Positions 59,601-64,000 of a stretch of DNA of 64,000 bases are shown piece by piece. The stretch covers positions 64,001-128,000 of the forward strand of contig JBMNLI010000017.1 of NCBI GenBank assembly GCA_050952645.1, read 5' to 3'. The notes beneath the pieces are model-generated. The model was given only the letters and a program-made list of their open reading frames with translations, was not told where the DNA came from and ran no database searches. Source of the DNA: Bdellovibrionota bacterium. GTDB taxonomy: Bacteria; Bdellovibrionota_C; UBA2361; CAKMMH01. Each line of letters opens with the position of its first letter. Within the stretch, counting starts at the first letter, position 1. A program made the position numbers and the translations under genes.

Positions 59601-60553
59601 ACTACTAGAAGAACTAGGATATGAGCTACTACTACTAGATGCACTGCTACTAGATAAACTGCTCCTACTAGACGATGAACTGCTAGATGACGAACTGCTA
59701 CTAGACGAACTCCCCTTAGGTGAACTAGATGTATCGAAAATTTGCGCAGTCCTAAAAAAACCTACATGAAACGAATCTGCTATGAGAGGCTCATCACCTA
59801 ACAACTTAAATATATCTAATATTATACCAGACTTAATATAAATCTTCCCTCCCTTCATTGTCCTAAGTTTTATCGTCTCACTTTCTTTATCAACGGGAGC
59901 AAAATCTAAATATTCTTCCTTCTTCCACAAACTCCCTCAGGAGTTTAGTAGTCTTTATACTATCATTATCTAATTTTATACCAGGAATTAAAATAGCATA
60001 CTTAGCTATACACGGCTCCCCTTTTAACTCAAAATATTTAAAGCCTAGTTGCTTAGGGGTCGCCACCTTTTTCGATAATGCTAAATTATAAGCCGTAATC
60101 CAAAATTTACATATAGATAGGACAATCTTTAGATAGAGCTTGCACCTCAGGCACTTCGCATACTTCATCTATTTCACTTCGAGTTTTCCCCCTTACAGAC
60201 TCACAATTAGGAACGTCTGTATCTCTTAAACCGTCTAGGCAATACTCTCTTAAGGCTACCATAAAATGAGGTGAAACATCGACTACAAATTGCACTGGCC
60301 TATTTTCTACAGCTATTAACAAGTCTAGATTTCTCTCATTTAAACATACTATATGAAAAACAAATACGAAAACATGCGTCACTACCCATGTAAGTGCAAA
60401 ATAATAAAAACAAACTATAGCCATCTCTGATAAAACGCTACCACGACTCGAATGAGACTTTTTATATTTATTTTTCATCAAATTTTTATTTTGAAAGAAA
60501 TTTTTAAAGAAATTTTTCAATCGGTTGTTTGAGGTTAAAAGGAATTTCAACAT
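56609..60553 (-). pseudogene. Giant TadE-like pilin/Ser-rich/Cys-rich surface protein interrupted by three frameshifts (largest intact piece 56718-59930)
   Basis: ORFs 60107-60553, 59890-60168 and 56718-59930, plus an unlisted Cys-rich tail ending at 56609, each overlap by a +1 shift. The N-terminus has the prepilin motif RG|SVLSEMAIV. Confidence 0.7.
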
Positions 60554-60732
60554 AATAAAAATCTAGTTTTTAATTTTACATGCACACTCTTAAAGTTTGG
60601 GCTTAAATTAACAATTTGCTTTTTTCAAAAAAATAATACTCTCAAAAAAAATATATCGTAATAAAAAAACTTAACAAAAGTATTATATAATCACAAACCT
60701 AAAACTTACAAGATTAAAATTTTAAGACTAAT

Positions 60733-60969
60733 TTGGCTGATAATAGATGTCACTTAAAATATATAAACAATGTTTTTATTATAAAGGTGATGTCTATGGA
60801 AAAGTATGAAAGAGAATTATATTTAAATTCGATTAAGACTCGTTATAATAAATTTGACAAGAAAGGCAAAGGAGCCGTTCTAAATGAAATTCAAGAAAAG
60901 TTAGGTATTGGCTATCGTCAAGCTATAAGATTTACTAAAAAACATATTATCTTTAAACTCTATTCTTAA
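60733..60969 (+). pseudogene. Transposase N-terminal fragment (ISNCY/integrase-type)
   Basis: 'RELYLNSIKTRYNKFDKKGKGAVLNEIQEKLGIGYRQAIR' resembles the N-terminus of these transposases. No catalytic part follows. Confidence 0.55.
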
Positions 60970-61012
60970 TTTTCTTAAACTAAAACTAGATGAGTTTGTA
61001 GTAAAAAATAAA

Positions 61013-61224
61013 GCTCTTCACGTTTTAAGGTAGTTTTAAATTTTCAAAATTAGTACAACTCCCCCCACGAAGCCTAAAAGAAAACTGACTTTAAAGGATT
61101 TACATAAAACAAATTACTTTGTATAGAGCTATAAAAAATCTTTATCTAGTCGAACACTAAAGCAAATTTTCTTTTAAGCTAACAAAAAAACAATTCTTCC
61201 AACCCACTCAGAACGTGAAGAACC
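61013..61224 (-). repeat. Full repeat-A copy (long-loop variant, reverse orientation)
   Basis: CTCTTCACGTTTTAAGGT..AAAAGAAAACTGACTTTA..TAAAGCAAATTTTCTTTTAAGCTAAC..AACCCACTCAGAACGTGAAGAACC. Confidence 0.88.
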
Positions 61225-61289
61225 AAAGTTTTAGATAAAGAGCAAAAATTTAGAAGCAGATTTAATATAAGCAAAGATAAAATATTGTA

Positions 61290-61727
61290 ATGATAAAAAA
61301 TATATCTAAATACAAGCAAAAAGGCGAATTTATGAAAAACTTAGATTATGATAGCGATTTTACTAAAGATTTATTATGTTTAAAGCTTCAATTTGAAACT
61401 CTCTTTGAAAATGCAGGCGGCGAGGAGTGTATAAATTTATTAAACCTAATCTCTAAACTTTCAGGAGCGGAAAGAGAAATAATACTCAAACAATTTAGCA
61501 ATATTACGAAGAATTTACTAAAAAATAAAGATAGAAAAAAATCTTTAAAAGATATTGAAGGTGAAAAATTTGAAAATGAGCTATACGATAGCATTGAAGA
61601 TGAGTTTAATAATATTCAAATCAAAGCCTTAACTCCACCTTTACCGCAATCTCGCTTTAAAGTATTAAATGGAGGAAAAAGTAGAGCGAGAAGTAAAATC
61701 ATAAAATTTAGAGGTGCTATTTCTTAA
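61290..61727 (+). CDS. Hypothetical protein
   Basis: 145 aa ORF; the likely start is 61332 after AAGG. C-terminal FKVLNGGK. Confidence 0.6.
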   Translation: MIKNISKYKQKGEFMKNLDYDSDFTKDLLCLKLQFETLFENAGGEECINLLNLISKLSGAEREIILKQFSNITKNLLKNKDRKKSLKDIEGEKFENELYDSIEDEFNNIQIKALTPPLPQSRFKVLNGGKSRARSKIIKFRGAIS

Positions 61728-61769
61728 AAATCTTTATTTCTTTAATTTTAAATATTATCTATTTAAAAC

Positions 61770-62753
61770 TTACAGCACTTCTCTTAGCACCCAACTAGGA
61801 GCTAAGTCCTTAGGGGCTTTTACAGTAATTAAATTTTGCATTTTATCTTTAAACTCTAATTTAAAACATACTAAGCATAGCTCATCGTTTATTTTACCAT
61901 TATAAAAATTATCTCCAATTATCGGAAACCCAAGCGAACTTATATGAACTCTTATTTGGTGAGTTCTCCCCGTTATAGGACGAGCAATAAGCGTTGTCGT
62001 GTCTTCTTCTTTATCTTTTTTTAAAACTGTAAAAATAGTTCTAGCAGGTTTTCCCCCATCTAGCGAGGATATCCTTAAAACTCTATGCTCGCTACTTTTA
62101 TCTATACAAAAATTACAATCGTATTCATCAAATGGAACGCTCCCTTTTACTTTTAATATATAATATTTTTGAATATTTTTTTGCTCGAAAAGTTTTTGCA
62201 CAAACTTATGTTCACTTTCTTTATAGCTTCCTATAACGAGTCCTGCGGTAGAGGTATCTAAACGACTAGGAAGGTGAACTTTAGAGTGATAATAGTTTTC
62301 TAAATAAGTTCTTAAGTTAAAATGAAACTGTTCTTTAGTTGGCAACGTTGGAAGTTTTCTTGGTTTATAATATACGACTATACCATCTTTTTCATATACT
62401 ATATTTTTTTTATCGAATTTGGGAAAAAAATCTTTTGCATTCTCTACATCATACTTAGGTTCGTAGTATTCTACATTACAAGGAGCAGTTATTTCATCTT
62501 TTATATTTGCACAAAGACCATTTACGAAAACACCACCTAGAAAAAATCTTTTTTCCCATGAACTAGGGGCGATATGTGGCAAGGCTTCAACTAGGTAATC
62601 GACTAACTTAACATTAGAGCGATCTAAATTTTGGAAAAAATGGTGTTTACTAGTAAAAGTGCTTTGCACTCTTTCTAAATCTAGAACACTATTGTTTATC
62701 ATTTTTTCTTTTTGCTTCTCTTTCAACTCTAACTCTACGTAATTTATGGGCAT
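61770..62753 (-). CDS. RluA-family RNA pseudouridine synthase
   Basis: YKP..LP, SRLDTSTAGL, TGRTHQIRVH and PIIGD.FY motifs. Confidence 0.92.
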   Translation of the reverse strand: MPINYVELELKEKQKEKMINNSVLDLERVQSTFTSKHHFFQNLDRSNVKLVDYLVEALPHIAPSSWEKRFFLGGVFVNGLCANIKDEITAPCNVEYYEPKYDVENAKDFFPKFDKKNIVYEKDGIVVYYKPRKLPTLPTKEQFHFNLRTYLENYYHSKVHLPSRLDTSTAGLVIGSYKESEHKFVQKLFEQKNIQKYYILKVKGSVPFDEYDCNFCIDKSSEHRVLRISSLDGGKPARTIFTVLKKDKEEDTTTLIARPITGRTHQIRVHISSLGFPIIGDNFYNGKINDELCLVCFKLEFKDKMQNLITVKAPKDLAPSWVLREVL

Positions 62754-63408
62754 CTAAATTCTTTATTGCTATTTTTATATGCGATAATCTTATAAGTAGC
62801 TCTTCGCTTTCTAAATTAGCACTTAGTGGCTTATCATGCACTAGACCAAAATATTTTTCAAGATTACCTAGCACGTATATCATATTTTCAGATAGCAACG
62901 ATTTTATTTCATTTTCTAATATAACCTGTCTTTTTTTTCTAGTTGCAATTAGCTCTTTTAGTGCAGATTCTTGCCCAGATAGTAATGTAATATTAGCTTT
63001 TTCGTGCGGACAAAAAGGCAAATCTTTTTCATCATATAAATATTTTGCTATCGGCTTTAAAGTGCTATATATTTTTTTGCCGTTTGTATCCTCTAGCACT
63101 GCTCCTACTAGGCTTGCGCTATTTTCTTTAGCATTAGAAACGTTTATTAAGACTGAAACTGTATTAACATTTTTAGAAAAATCTACTTTTTCTATAAAAT
63201 CTATTTTGCCTTTCTTGACGATTACTCCCTTAGTAGATTTAATATCTTCTATATCTAGAGCATTCACAGGAATGCTTATGCGTATTACTTCCGAGTAAGA
63301 GACGCTTGCAAATAACACCAGGCATAACATCATGCAAAACACCATGCAAAACGCCTTACTTAAAAATGTGTTTAAAAATGTTGTCGTTAAAAATTTAATT
63401 TTCTTCAT
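62689..63408 (-). CDS. Hypothetical exported protein
   Basis: Signal peptide; the ORF overlaps its neighbours in an operon-like arrangement. Confidence 0.65.
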   Translation of the reverse strand: MKKIKFLTTTFLNTFLSKAFCMVFCMMLCLVLFASVSYSEVIRISIPVNALDIEDIKSTKGVIVKKGKIDFIEKVDFSKNVNTVSVLINVSNAKENSASLVGAVLEDTNGKKIYSTLKPIAKYLYDEKDLPFCPHEKANITLLSGQESALKELIATRKKRQVILENEIKSLLSENMIYVLGNLEKYFGLVHDKPLSANLESEELLIRLSHIKIAIKNLDAHKLRRVRVEREAKRKNDKQ

Positions 63409-63940
63409 TTTCTGCTACTATTTTTTTATTATACCATTTTAAAAGATTATAAATCTCATCCATTACTTTTGCTTTTCTTTCTTCTATATTAGCTTCCTCA
63501 AAAGTTTTTTGCAGAGGATCGTTTAAGCTTTCTTTAGAAACTTCTACAGGAAACTCGCAAAGTCTATTTGCTACATATTTTCTAGTCATCATTCTTTTAG
63601 TTTGATTCGGGTCTTCAACTATGAAAGCATAGCTTAATGTTTTTTTAGGATAAAAAATTTCAAAATCGTATACTGGCCTATCGAACTCATCCCAATACAC
63701 TTGGTTTGATGGCACATCTACGGCCATGCCATCTATTACGGCTATTAGCCTTACTTTATTATTTACATTTCTAGTCCCATTTAATTTAGCAGTTAGAGTA
63801 AATGGAAGCCCAGCGGCTTGAAACCCCCTTACATCTGGCACATTATGAAATATATCTTTTGCGCTAGCACAAAAGGCATTTTCAAATGAAAGCATAATTA
63901 AAAATAAAAAAATGGTTGTTAAGCAAAATATTTTCTTCAT
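63395..63940 (-). CDS. Hypothetical exported protein
   Basis: Signal peptide (AFC-A); the ORF overlaps the next gene. Confidence 0.65.
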   Translation of the reverse strand: MKKIFCLTTIFLFLIMLSFENAFCASAKDIFHNVPDVRGFQAAGLPFTLTAKLNGTRNVNNKVRLIAVIDGMAVDVPSNQVYWDEFDRPVYDFEIFYPKKTLSYAFIVEDPNQTKRMMTRKYVANRLCEFPVEVSKESLNDPLQKTFEEANIEERKAKVMDEIYNLLKWYNKKIVAENEEN

Positions 63941-64000
63941 ACTATTTAATATTATCTTTATTAAAATATCCCTATTTAAATATCTTTATTTAATATCTTT

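Noticed and set aside
58576..59769. 397-aa Leu/Glu-rich ORF on the + strand
   Set aside because: It is the antisense shadow of the AGT/TCT/AGC serine codon runs. It coincides with the Ser tract and has no RBS or domain.

Overview
Low-GC (roughly 30% by eye) chromosomal segment of a Gram-negative bacterium (pal, mlaEFDC, pilD, HDOD). A Deltaproteobacteria/Bdellovibrionota-like lineage is my inference, not a database result. Housekeeping genes include thrS, rarA, dxs, a HelD-like helicase, rlmE, uvrD/pcrA, ispG, ligA and an RluA-family synthase. Accessory content: (i) the tail of an F-type T4SS cluster (TraB, TraV, DotD/N0-like lipoprotein, TraC/VirB4) followed by SH3 and M23 genes; (ii) a separate VirD4-like ATPase fused to a leucine-rich repeat (LRR); (iii) a dispersed, nested-palindrome repeat ('repeat A') that forms a 3-unit tandem array, with a complete group IIC intron inserted precisely into another copy; (iv) a MITE ('repeat B') and its decayed IS1634-like parent, itself interrupted by a hairpin-rich element; (v) three small orphan genes sharing a conserved, covarying leader hairpin and similar terminators; (vi) a ~1300-codon TadE-like pilin/Ser-rich/Cys-rich adhesin gene split by three frameshifts. 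I recognised no rRNA, tRNA or CRISPR array. All family calls come from motif recognition without database searches.
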